DNA of 64,000 nucleotides from a virus. The notes beneath the pieces were generated by a model that was given only the letters and a program-made list of their open reading frames with translations, was not told where the DNA came from and did no database searches. Shown here piece after piece: positions 42,103 to 50,652 of this stretch (positions are counted from its first letter, which is position 1; every line of letters starts with the position of its first letter). The stretch spans positions 32,001-96,000 of IMG/VR virus record IMGVR_UViG_3300045988_107889; one strand, given 5' to 3'. Both the position numbers and the translations under genes were made by a program.

Positions 42103-42429
42103 ATGACAAAAGAAATTTTTGTTAGCATTATGAAAAGGCTAATGGATTTGGATAGCAGGATGAACGCAGTGGACTCTGCCATGAAAAAACTTAATCCTGA
42201 TTTCTGCGGCCTCTACATTACGGATATTTTCGACATAGCAATACAACTGATCGAAGACGCGATGCACGATGACGAACATTGGGTTAGTTATTGCATTTAT
42301 GAGAAAGACTGGCTAAAGGATTTTAAGATCGGAGATGTATTTGTCTCACACGGGGAGGAGAAAAAAGAGTACATCGACCTATCATCGTGGGATAAAGTTT
42401 ATGATTTCTTGATTGAGATTTCTATTTGA
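42103..42429 (+). CDS. hypothetical protein
   Basis: ATG 42103 (the ORF-track start is GTG 42094). Confidence 0.65.
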   Translation: MTKEIFVSIMKRLMDLDSRMNAVDSAMKKLNPDFCGLYITDIFDIAIQLIEDAMHDDEHWVSYCIYEKDWLKDFKIGDVFVSHGEEKKEYIDLSSWDKVYDFLIEISI

Positions 42430-42457
42430 AAATTAAAATAAGGTTTGAGGATAGTAC

Positions 42458-43042
42458 ATGGAAAATGTAAAGTATCAAGTATCATCGCATTGTAAAACTC
42501 GTTACGCGGAACGCGTTATGGGCAAAAGGGAGAAGCCAGACGCTGCTCGTTTTGTTTCTCTGAATGAAGATAAGATTAAGACAGATATTAACAAGATGAT
42601 AGAATACGGCAGTTGTATTTATTCAGGCAGACAATCTCAGAAGGATGGCAAGGGCAAAGTAATTGACGTTTATGTGCAAGATACTTGGGTGCTCCTTGTA
42701 GACGAACGAGAAAAGGTTGTCGTGACTCTTTACAAGATCGACCTTGGTTTAGGTGATGAATTTAACAATACATATGTAACTAAAATGCTGGATAAATTGA
42801 ACTCTACTAAGGCAACTCTGGAGGATATTCAGAAGCAAGTGCAGGAAGAGTCTGACATGTATAGGAAAATGATTGAGGAGGCAGACGCCCAGATCAAAGA
42901 TAGAAGATCTGAGATCAAAAGCTTAGAAGAGTTGAGGGAAGCGTACAAGATTATCATCAATAACAACTGTGTTAAGGTAGCGCAGGCGAATAAAGACGTC
43001 ACTGACGTACTGAATAAACTGATTGAGAAGAGAGTTTTTTAA
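42458..43042 (+). CDS. hypothetical protein with a C-terminal coiled coil
   Basis: 194 aa. Confidence 0.7.
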   Translation: MENVKYQVSSHCKTRYAERVMGKREKPDAARFVSLNEDKIKTDINKMIEYGSCIYSGRQSQKDGKGKVIDVYVQDTWVLLVDEREKVVVTLYKIDLGLGDEFNNTYVTKMLDKLNSTKATLEDIQKQVQEESDMYRKMIEEADAQIKDRRSEIKSLEELREAYKIIINNNCVKVAQANKDVTDVLNKLIEKRVF

Positions 43043-43187
43043 TAGGTGTTTTATGTACAATTTTTATGATGATTATAAAAACCCTATTTCGGAGATTGAA
43101 CAGGAACAAATACATACCCAAGCACAGAGTTTGAGCTGGTAATGCGTAGAAAGACTAGTGAAGATAGGTAAAGACGAGGTGAATATT

Positions 43188-44057
43188 ATGTCGGTAAAAG
43201 ATGCGCTCGGCGACAGAATGAAAGCGTACTACGAAAGCATTCCGAAGACAAAGCTAATGCGAAGAACGCCGGTTGCGATCAGACTGGATGGTAAAGCGTT
43301 TCACACTTTCACAAAAGGTTTTCAAAAGCCTTTTGATGATGTGCTGATCAAATCAATGCAAGATACAATGAAGTACCTCTGTGAGAACATCCAGGGTGTG
43401 GTGTTTGGCTACACTCAATCCGATGAAATCACGTTAATTCTTGTAGACTATAAGAATCTTAATTCTGCTGCTTGGTTTGATTATGAGGTGCAGAAAATGT
43501 GCAGCGTGGCAGCGAGCATGGCTACCCTTGCGTTTAACAAAGCGTTTGCAAAGCGGTACGACGAGTGGGGTAGAGAACAGTTCCCGTGCTGGGATGAAGG
43601 TGGCACAAATGATCCTATTGATAAAGATCTGCTGAAGCTGAGTTGGACTTATGGTTATGCCGAAGGTAGAGGGGCTATGTTCGATGCAAGAGTGTTCAAC
43701 GTCCCAAAAGAAGAAGTGGCGAACCTCATCTATTGGAGGCAGCTGGATGCTATCAGAAATAGCATTCAAATGGTTGGTAGAGCAAACTTTAGCCATCGAG
43801 AACTAGATCGTAAGTCTTGCAGCGATATCCAGGATATGCTGATGACAGAGAAGGAAATTAACTGGAATGACTTTCCTGCGTGTCAAAAGAGAGGTAGTTG
43901 CTGCGTTAAAATGTATCAAGTTGGTGAACAGGAATGGAAGAGTCACGCCGAAGATGAGTTGATGCCTAGTGGAAGAACTAAGTGGGAAGTGATTGATGAG
44001 GTTCCTATCTTCAAAGGGAGCGAAAGATGTTACATAGAGAAATTGATTTACTTGTAA
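43188..44057 (+). CDS. Thg1-like 3'-5' nucleotidyltransferase (tRNA-His guanylyltransferase family)
   Basis: 'LGDRMKAYYE....RTPVAIRLDGKAFHTFTKGF.KPFD...' and 'FGYTQSDEITLIL' match the Thg1/TLP N-terminal signature. The ATG lies 6 nt after GAGGTG. Confidence 0.8.
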   Translation: MSVKDALGDRMKAYYESIPKTKLMRRTPVAIRLDGKAFHTFTKGFQKPFDDVLIKSMQDTMKYLCENIQGVVFGYTQSDEITLILVDYKNLNSAAWFDYEVQKMCSVAASMATLAFNKAFAKRYDEWGREQFPCWDEGGTNDPIDKDLLKLSWTYGYAEGRGAMFDARVFNVPKEEVANLIYWRQLDAIRNSIQMVGRANFSHRELDRKSCSDIQDMLMTEKEINWNDFPACQKRGSCCVKMYQVGEQEWKSHAEDELMPSGRTKWEVIDEVPIFKGSERCYIEKLIYL

Positions 44058-44593
44058 GTAAACTCATGAGTGAAATACATACAAGGATTTTTCTTGAAGT
44101 GTGGATGAGGCTAATCGTAAATAAATGTCTGGCGGAAGAAAGTGGGGGAAGATCCTACTTCACAAGACTTGATGCTGAAGTGAAGAAGCAGCCCGAGCTA
44201 CTTGCGGAGTACATGAAATATGTTACTGATAGGTCAGGCGTTTATGACGTGGTTGTTAGTGGTGAGATAGGTGACAGGTACGCCGAGCTGCAGTGTGCTG
44301 GGGAAATTCCAGATAACATCAATCTATTTTTATTGCCGGGCGGCCTGAGAGAGAACCCCACAAAACTAGCTTCAAAAGGGCGTCGTTGCGAGAACTCACA
44401 GTGGAAAGAATTCATATTCCTTGACGATAGCTACTATAGCGGGAAGACGTTGAATGCCGTGACAGATTATATGTGTTATGTCGGCGGGAGTGTCAAACAT
44501 GCGTACGTGTTTTACGATGGGTCTCCGGCAAGAAATAAAGATGTGAGCAGTCTGTATCGGTACTATGATTTTTACGGAGGGAATCATGTTTGA
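44027..44593 (+). CDS. phosphoribosyltransferase-like protein
   Basis: 'EFIFLDDSYYSGKTLNAV' resembles the PRPP-binding loop (hhhhDD..tTG.T). Confidence 0.55.
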   Translation: MLHREIDLLVSKLMSEIHTRIFLEVWMRLIVNKCLAEESGGRSYFTRLDAEVKKQPELLAEYMKYVTDRSGVYDVVVSGEIGDRYAELQCAGEIPDNINLFLLPGGLRENPTKLASKGRRCENSQWKEFIFLDDSYYSGKTLNAVTDYMCYVGGSVKHAYVFYDGSPARNKDVSSLYRYYDFYGGNHV

Positions 44594-44873
44594 AAAATCC
44601 TGGGGTATTTGCGGCCTCGATTATGAATCAGCCTGCGTTTTGATGGATAGGATCGAACGAACCTGTGGTAAAGAAGTAGCACATAGATTTAGGAACAAGA
44701 GGTCGGTGTATACGGAGTTCGTGGATGGAACCAAACTATTGTGGATGCCGCGTGATGTCTGTTACGCAAAAAGAGTTGGGAGACTTTGGTGTGACAAAAA
44801 GATTAAAAACGAGGTCGAATATATTGTCCGTGGAATTTACATGGGAAGGTACGAAGATATTATTTGGGTTTAA
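44586..44873 (+). CDS. hypothetical protein
   Basis: The ATG has SD GGAGGGA. Confidence 0.65.
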   Translation: MFEKSWGICGLDYESACVLMDRIERTCGKEVAHRFRNKRSVYTEFVDGTKLLWMPRDVCYAKRVGRLWCDKKIKNEVEYIVRGIYMGRYEDIIWV

Positions 44874-44887
44874 AGGAGGCGAAGATA

Positions 44888-45121
44888 GTGTCTAGACAAA
44901 CCGTAAGTCTTTATGAAGACGTGATTACTGCAAGTGGTGCAATACGCGAAATAATTCAGGGCGATTATAGAGTGGTTACAATGGCGGCGACACCGAAGCA
45001 CGGAGTAATTGTTGTGTATGAACAGGTTGAGAAGAAGTCGTCGGGCGGCAGTCGCGATCTAATAGACGACATCAAGAACGGGAAAGGATTACCTCCTCTG
45101 CCGAAAAAAGAATGGGCGTGA
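44888..45121 (+). CDS. hypothetical protein
   Basis: GTG start 8 nt after AAAGGAGG. Confidence 0.55.
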   Translation: MSRQTVSLYEDVITASGAIREIIQGDYRVVTMAATPKHGVIVVYEQVEKKSSGGSRDLIDDIKNGKGLPPLPKKEWA

Positions 45122-45128
45122 GAGGTGA

Positions 45129-45368
45129 GTGAAGCGATATGATTTTATCAATATGTGGAGCGATGATGCGGCACTCCCGGAGCGAAAACTGATATATGTG
45201 GGCAACCCGTCAGACGAAATTTGGACTACTAAAGCCGGGAATAAACTCACAGTTGGAAGTATGACCGATGATTATATTGAGAATTGCTATCGTATGGTAA
45301 GACCGCTAGACGAGTATTGGTCGCTTGTGTTCGAGGCGGAGCTAGCCAAGCGAGGCATTAAAATTTAA
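45129..45368 (+). CDS. hypothetical protein
   Basis: 79 aa, GTG start. Confidence 0.55.
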   Translation: MKRYDFINMWSDDAALPERKLIYVGNPSDEIWTTKAGNKLTVGSMTDDYIENCYRMVRPLDEYWSLVFEAELAKRGIKI

Positions 45369-45392
45369 CTACTGTTTCATGGAGGGATACAT

Positions 45393-45602
45393 ATGGCGAC
45401 AGAACTTAATATTTGGGATAACGAAAGGAAGATTCGTGCTATTAAAGAGTGTGGGCAGTCTTTGATCAACAACGCGGAGAGTATTATTGGTAACTACAAA
45501 TACCTGAAAGGCGTTATCGTTACTTGCTATATTGACGATCCAGGTGCGGAGCCGTACATCAATGTTAGTGCTGACTTCTATCCAGAAGGAATTTCAGGCT
45601 AA
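45393..45602 (+). CDS. hypothetical protein
   Basis: 69 aa. SD TGGAGGGA. Confidence 0.65.
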   Translation: MATELNIWDNERKIRAIKECGQSLINNAESIIGNYKYLKGVIVTCYIDDPGAEPYINVSADFYPEGISG

Positions 45603-45615
45603 AGGAGTGGGTTGT

Positions 45616-45786
45616 ATGATTGCAACAAACATTAAGTGGGACACGGATGGCGACAAGGAGCTTCTAAGTCAACTGCCAGAAAGTGTTGAAGTCCCGAAGA
45701 GTATGACGGATATAGATGAGATTTCAGACTTTCTGTCTGATACTTATGGGTTTTGCCATACCGGATTTGATTTAGCTTGTGTGTAA
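45616..45786 (+). CDS. hypothetical acidic protein
   Basis: The ATG has SD AAAGGAG. 56 aa. Confidence 0.6.
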   Translation: MIATNIKWDTDGDKELLSQLPESVEVPKSMTDIDEISDFLSDTYGFCHTGFDLACV

Positions 45787-45819
45787 ATGCAGTGACACAG
45801 ATTTGTAAAGGAGTACATA

Positions 45820-46134
45820 ATGACTGTTGAAGAACTGAGAATTGAAGCTGACAAGTTGGGTTATAACCTCACGAAGAAACCAGAAAGTATTAAACTGCTG
45901 CCGTGCCCTGTGTGCGGCAGCAAAACTACTAGCGAGTGGTTTGGTGGTGGTAAATACATTAGACGCTGTAGAAATTGGCAGGCCGAGTCTGACGATCAGT
46001 TTTGCGTGAGAGGTACTCGAAAGACTTGCGCGTTTGAGGGAGCACCCGCAGAGACTGCAAAGCAGGCAAAGCGGAATTGGAACGATGCGGTCGTCGCATA
46101 CATGAATAGACATGGAGAAGACAATGCGGTTTAA
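45820..46134 (+). CDS. Lar-like restriction-alleviation Zn-ribbon protein (tentative)
   Basis: 'LLPCPVCGSKTTSEW......ETAKQAKRNWNDAV' resembles the Lar-family layout (CPFCG ... A...WN.R). Confidence 0.5.
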   Translation: MTVEELRIEADKLGYNLTKKPESIKLLPCPVCGSKTTSEWFGGGKYIRRCRNWQAESDDQFCVRGTRKTCAFEGAPAETAKQAKRNWNDAVVAYMNRHGEDNAV

Positions 46135-46393
46135 AGAATTTGAAATCAGACCAATCGTTCATTCTGCCAGCCAAGAGACCAGAGATTACGAGCTAGTGAA
46201 GTGGTTCGGCGACGACCACTGCTACGCGATCGCCAGGATCTATTGGGATTTAAAAGAGAATTTCTGGGGTTTCGAGTCGTATGGGATGAGGTTTTTTGAT
46301 GACTATGTAAACGGTTTGGCGATGTATGTAAAGAAATATATTGAACTACTGGAGGTTATAAGAGTAGCTGATGGAGGTGGGAAATTAGAGTGA
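46112..46393 (+). CDS. hypothetical protein
   Basis: 93 aa. Confidence 0.65.
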   Translation: MEKTMRFKEFEIRPIVHSASQETRDYELVKWFGDDHCYAIARIYWDLKENFWGFESYGMRFFDDYVNGLAMYVKKYIELLEVIRVADGGGKLE

Positions 46394-46554
46394 GCACTTT
46401 ACATTTTATTATAGACATATTGGACCTTATTACTATTGCTGCGTTTGCAAGCGGCTATAGCGAGGAGCTTGCTAGTCGCAGTAAGAGGTTCTTTGTAGGA
46501 AGCTTTCTCTTCATTGCCTCCACCGTGCTCTCGGCGATTGATCTGTTTGTTTAG
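46390..46554 (+). CDS. small two-TM membrane protein (below the ORF-track cutoff)
   Basis: GTGA overlap with the upstream stop. 'STLHFIIDILDLITIAAFASG....FFVGSFLFIASTVLSAIDLFV'. Preferred over the antisense ORF 46399-46659. Confidence 0.45.
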   Translation: MSTLHFIIDILDLITIAAFASGYSEELASRSKRFFVGSFLFIASTVLSAIDLFV

Positions 46555-46591
46555 ATTGTGCTTGAATTTAAAGATGTGGAAGGAGTTAACA

Positions 46592-46858
46592 ATGGACTTT
46601 GAAACAATGACGAGAATTACAGTTGAACATAATGTGTCACCAGACGAAAATAACTGCACTTACGGTGGAGACTTTTATGGGAAGTATGTGTGTAAATATC
46701 ATAGACGAAGAAATCGCACGCACGGTAAGAAAGCTCCGACAGAATATCATGTGCCAAAATGCACACTTTTTAATGTGTGGCTAAAAGAGGACTGTGTAAA
46801 GTGTGAAGAGTGTCGCGATGCTTGCTCCGATGGGCGGCAGGTGTCTGTAGCTCGCTAA
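46592..46858 (+). CDS. Cys-rich hypothetical protein
   Basis: The ATG has SD GGAAGGAG. 88 aa. Confidence 0.65.
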   Translation: MDFETMTRITVEHNVSPDENNCTYGGDFYGKYVCKYHRRRNRTHGKKAPTEYHVPKCTLFNVWLKEDCVKCEECRDACSDGRQVSVAR

Positions 46859-46870
46859 GGAACTGGGTAA

Positions 46871-47224
46871 GTGAATAAAGTACGTGCCGTAACGATAGAT
46901 CTGCTACAATCGTTAGGCTGCAGATTTTCGCAGTGTGGTGCTGGCTACCTGCAGGACGCAATATGCACGGTAGCAGAAGAGAAAGATTTCTATGGGTTTG
47001 AATTGAAAGAACTTATCAAGAGTCTTGAGCACAAGTATGGGGCGTCGTTCAAATCCGTAGAAAAAGCTATGCAAAGGAACGTAGTAAGTATGCTGGATGT
47101 AAAGCAACCAATCCAGTATTTGTATGACCTGTTTCCGGACGATGATTTCTATAGAACCGGAGATATAACACTAAAAAAGTTTATCCGTACAACGGCAATC
47201 GAGGTTAGTAAGATTGCTTGCTAA
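46871..47224 (+). CDS. Spo0A C-terminal-domain-like DNA-binding protein
   Basis: 'LLQSLGCRFSQCGAGYLQDAICTV....ELKELIKSLEHKYGASFKSVEKAMQRNVVSML....LYDLF' aligns position by position with the Spo0A-C pattern 'IGVPAHIKGYLYLREAI...[25 protein letters not shown]...LF'. Confidence 0.65.
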   Translation: MNKVRAVTIDLLQSLGCRFSQCGAGYLQDAICTVAEEKDFYGFELKELIKSLEHKYGASFKSVEKAMQRNVVSMLDVKQPIQYLYDLFPDDDFYRTGDITLKKFIRTTAIEVSKIAC

Positions 47225-47233
47225 GGAGGGTAT

Positions 47234-47434
47234 ATGAAAGAAAAAATTGTTGGAGTTTGGACGGCGATCACGTTGGCGTTGATCATTGCCGTCCTCTTTC
47301 TTTTGGGACGATATGTCTCGGAGTTGTTCGCGGCTGCTACTGTGGTGATTCTTATGCCAGCCGGAGCATTCTTCCTGTGGTATATCATTTCCAGAAAGCT
47401 GAAGGAGTTGTTGAAAGGCGGGACGAAGAAATGA
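47234..47434 (+). CDS. small two-TM membrane protein
   Basis: SD TAAGGAGGG. 66 aa and hydrophobic. Confidence 0.7.
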   Translation: MKEKIVGVWTAITLALIIAVLFLLGRYVSELFAAATVVILMPAGAFFLWYIISRKLKELLKGGTKK

Positions 47435-47521
47435 GAAGACTGTGTAAGGTTTTGGATATCGTGACAGAATCGCTCTGGGGACTGGTTTACTTGCTTATGT
47501 TTGCAATTGGGGTTTGTGCTT

Positions 47522-49543
47522 ATGTCAATGTATAAGCCGATATCACTTGATAAAGAGCAGCAGCGTCTTGACGACATCGAACTCATGCAAGAGCTAGTAT
47601 ATTTTATAAATTGTTTCAACGATAGCTATTTTAATGGTGGCGAAAATGTAGTAAGCGACAGGGAGTTTGACGAGTTTATAGCCGCGTTAGCTTGGCTTGA
47701 AAAAGAAACAGGCGTCGTGTACTCCAACTCTCCAACAAGAACTGTTGGCAGCAAAGTGGTCAGCAATCTGCAAAAGGTAGCACATACACACAAGTTGCTG
47801 TCCCTCGCTAAGACAACTGAGCTAAATGAGTTTGTTGAGTATTTTAATCAATATGAGTTCGTGTTGATGCCGAAACTAGATGGCATTACTTGCGCTCTTA
47901 CATACGAACACGGTGTTCTTAAACGCGCCGAGACACGGGGAGATGGCACCGTAGGCGAGGACATTACTCATAACGCAAGAGAGTTTGCCAATATCCCGTT
48001 GACCATCCCATATCAAGGTGAGCTGTATGTGGATGGAGAGGCAGTAATCACTTATGAAGAATTTGAAAAAATCAAAAAGGCCGAGAACACCGATTATAAG
48101 AACCCACGCAACCTTGTGAGCGGAACTGTTAGGCAACTAGATAATGCTGTTCTTCGTAAACGAAAAGTCACTTTCATAGCATGGCGAAATTCTACACCTG
48201 AATTTCAAGACGAAGACTTTCGAGACGCCATGCAAATGCTAGATAACCTGGGATTTACAACCGCTCAGATTGTGTCCGCCCCTTCTTTCGGTAAGGGTGG
48301 TGTTGACGTTAAGGAATTTGTGAGCCGCACCATGAAAGCTATGAAGTGTACACCATATCCAATCGACGGGGTGGTCGGAACGTTCTGTGATCAGAAATAT
48401 GGCCGGTCATTAGGTGAGACTTCTCACCATCCCAACCATAGTTTCGCCTTTAAGTTCTATCAGGAAAGAAACCTGACAACGCTTAGAGATATTGAGTGGA
48501 ATACTACGAGAACCGGCACAATCAATCCGGTTGCTATGTTTGATCCAGTAGAAATTGACGGCACGACTGTGAGTAGAGCGAGCCTTTCTAATGTAAGCCA
48601 GATTAAAAAGCTGAAGCTTGGAATTGGCGATGAGATTGAAGTCATCAAAGCCAACCAAATCATCCCGATGGTAGTCCGCAATCTCACCCAAAGTGACACG
48701 TACCTGATTCCAAAGCGTTGTCCGGTTTGTGGGGAAGCTGCAGAGATTGTGTCAAGTAGTGAAGCCCAGCGTCTTGAGTGTACTAACGATAACTGTCCAG
48801 CGGTTTTAGTGGATCGGATTTCAAACTTCGTGTCTAGGCAAGGGATGAATATTGATGGTTTATCTACGGAGCGCATCAAGCTTTTTGTCAATAACGGATG
48901 GTTGAAGAATCTTGCCGATATCTACCGGCTTGATAGATATAGTAATGATATGAAGCAGCTCGATGGGTTTGGTGACACCAGCGTGGACAAGCTGATGAGT
49001 GCGATAGAGAAGAGCGAGACCTGCGCAGCGGAAAACTTTATCGTTGCGATAGGAATTCCGGGTGTCGGCAAAGCCGCTGCACCGGTTGTGGCCGGGGCGA
49101 TCTTTGAAGCAATGGGCGAACGCTCGTTCATTGAGACACTATGTAGTCTGGCGAACGCCGAGATGGACTGGAGCGGTCTTAGTGGAATTGGTACGAAGAC
49201 CAGCGAAGGGATCAACGCCTACATCAAGAAGCATTCTGCAGAGGTTGCGGCACTGAACCGCTATTTAGTTATCACCGTTAGAGAAAATAAGGAAAGCACA
49301 GGGATGACAGTCTGTGTGACAGGTAAACTGGAGACGTTCAAATCAAGAAAAGAGTTTGAGAAAGCTGTAAAGGATGTTGGCTGGAATGTGTCGTCAAGCG
49401 TGACAAAAGACGCAACCTGTTTGGTCTGCAATGACCCACAGAGTGGGAGTTTAAAGGTTAAGAAAGCTGTTAGCATGAAGATCCCGATTCTTTCGGAAGA
49501 AGGATTTTTAAATAATTACATGACGAAAGAAGGAGGAGAGTAA
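47522..49543 (+). CDS. ligA: NAD-dependent DNA ligase (LigA family)
   Basis: Adenylation motif 'MPKLDGITCALTYEHG' (KxDG), a Zn finger 'CPVCGEAAEI....CTNDNCPA', HhH repeats 'IPGVGKAAA' and a BRCT-like C-terminus. The exact start is uncertain (47501 or 47522). Confidence 0.9.
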   Translation: MSMYKPISLDKEQQRLDDIELMQELVYFINCFNDSYFNGGENVVSDREFDEFIAALAWLEKETGVVYSNSPTRTVGSKVVSNLQKVAHTHKLLSLAKTTELNEFVEYFNQYEFVLMPKLDGITCALTYEHGVLKRAETRGDGTVGEDITHNAREFANIPLTIPYQGELYVDGEAVITYEEFEKIKKAENTDYKNPRNLVSGTVRQLDNAVLRKRKVTFIAWRNSTPEFQDEDFRDAMQMLDNLGFTTAQIVSAPSFGKGGVDVKEFVSRTMKAMKCTPYPIDGVVGTFCDQKYGRSLGETSHHPNHSFAFKFYQERNLTTLRDIEWNTTRTGTINPVAMFDPVEIDGTTVSRASLSNVSQIKKLKLGIGDEIEVIKANQIIPMVVRNLTQSDTYLIPKRCPVCGEAAEIVSSSEAQRLECTNDNCPAVLVDRISNFVSRQGMNIDGLSTERIKLFVNNGWLKNLADIYRLDRYSNDMKQLDGFGDTSVDKLMSAIEKSETCAAENFIVAIGIPGVGKAAAPVVAGAIFEAMGERSFIETLCSLANAEMDWSGLSGIGTKTSEGINAYIKKHSAEVAALNRYLVITVRENKESTGMTVCVTGKLETFKSRKEFEKAVKDVGWNVSSSVTKDATCLVCNDPQSGSLKVKKAVSMKIPILSEEGFLNNYMTKEGGE

Positions 49544-49563
49544 TTATTACGAACGGTAATCCA

Positions 49564-49836
49564 ATGACAATTGATGAAGTGGTGGCTGCGGCTAAGGAAG
49601 CTGGATTGAGTTACGGTCAGTGGGTAGCGCAGAATCGCCCGAACGAGCAGGTACATAGAAAGCGAAAGAACAAAGTGAGAGATGGCCGTATTAAGATTGA
49701 TATTGACGAAGTGGCGTCTTTGTATCTAGACGGGATGAGCGCCAGTGATATCGCAAGAAAGATCAAGGTGACGCCGTCTGCAGTATACGTTGTTATTAAA
49801 ACTCTTGGATTAAAAAGGCTGGAGGTAGTGGAATAA
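49564..49836 (+). CDS. HTH DNA-binding protein
   Basis: 'LYLDGMSASDIARKIKVTPSAVYVVIKTLG' looks like a sigma-r4/resolvase-type HTH. Confidence 0.65.
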   Translation: MTIDEVVAAAKEAGLSYGQWVAQNRPNEQVHRKRKNKVRDGRIKIDIDEVASLYLDGMSASDIARKIKVTPSAVYVVIKTLGLKRLEVVE

Positions 49837-50006
49837 TGCCGGAGAATATTTTGGATACTAGTCCTTGTAGATTGTGTGATAGGGACTGGAAGTGTACTCG
49901 CCAGTGTCCTGACTGGCAAGCATGGGTCGCCTGCACATGGCGACAAGTGACAGATAGATTTAAGGAAAAGCCCGAAGTTCCACCGAAGGATACAGGGGAA
50001 AAGTGA
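49836..50006 (+). CDS. small Cys-rich protein (below the ORF-track cutoff)
   Basis: 56 aa, 'CRLCDRDWKCTRQCPDW'. ATG overlaps the upstream stop (TAATG). Confidence 0.5.
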   Translation: MPENILDTSPCRLCDRDWKCTRQCPDWQAWVACTWRQVTDRFKEKPEVPPKDTGEK

Positions 50007-50078
50007 GTGAGGGCTAGATACAACCTCTTTCCACCCTGTAAGTTGTCGGTGCCTAACCGTCGGGTAGAAGGAGGTTTC

Positions 50079-50492
50079 ATGGAATACGATAAGCCGCGAC
50101 TAGGCGACATATATCTAATGAGTTTTAGTGGGGTTGGCAGTGAACAGAAAGGCGTCAGGCCGGGAATCATTTTCCAAAACGATATTGGAAATGACAGAAG
50201 CCCGAACGTCATAGCGCTGCCACTCACGACCAGAATTAAGAATCTGACTCAACCCACACATGTACTTCTGCCAGCGGAGAAATACAACCTGCTGGCGGAT
50301 AGCATTGTCTTATGTGAGAATCCGCAGAGGATGTCAAAGTCAAGACTGCTGAAATATCTAGGTGCTCTAGAAGAGGAGGATATTAAGAGCATAGCTATTG
50401 GAAACATCCTATCCTCCTCGGCCATCGCCCTTCTTTCAGAGGAGGAACTCCTGAACGTATGGAAGGAGTCAAAAAGGATTCAAGGATTGTGA
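50079..50492 (+). CDS. MazF/PemK-family toxin-like endoribonuclease
   Basis: 'GDIYLMSFSGVGSEQKGVRPGIIFQND....NVIALPLTTR...PTHVLL...DSIVLCENPQRMSKSRL' is the PemK signature. The ATG has SD GAAGGAGG. Confidence 0.85.
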   Translation: MEYDKPRLGDIYLMSFSGVGSEQKGVRPGIIFQNDIGNDRSPNVIALPLTTRIKNLTQPTHVLLPAEKYNLLADSIVLCENPQRMSKSRLLKYLGALEEEDIKSIAIGNILSSSAIALLSEEELLNVWKESKRIQGL

Positions 50493-50511
50493 TTTTAAGT
50501 GGCTGCTCTTT

Positions 50512-50538
50512 CGCGAAACTCGTCAGACGAGTTTCGCG
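50512..50538. promoter_or_regulatory. 27-nt palindrome (operator-like), copy 2
   Basis: CGCGAAACTCGTC-A-GACGAGTTTCGCG. Confidence 0.6.
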
Positions 50539-50546
50539 AAAAGGGG

Positions 50547-50575
50547 TAGACATTTGAAAAATAAAGCTATATAAT
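50547..50575 (+). promoter_or_regulatory. promoter of the recombination/replication operon
   Basis: TAGACA (50547-52), 17-nt spacer 'tttgaaaaataaagcta', TATAAT (50570-75). The flanks are near-identical to the promoter at 22969-22997. Confidence 0.65.
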
Positions 50576-50652
50576 ATAATCACGCTGAGCGGTTAAAAAA
50601 TATAAGGTTATTTTGCAACACAGCCAGCGCAAAAAATGAGATGAGGTGAAAT

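Noticed and set aside
47218-47535. 105-aa ORF overlapping the 66-aa membrane protein gene
   Set aside because: The 47234-47434 frame has a perfect SD (TAAGGAGGG) and two clean TM helices. The alternative frame has no SD at its start. Only its last 34 codons (47431-47535, ATGA-coupled) might be a separate micro-ORF.
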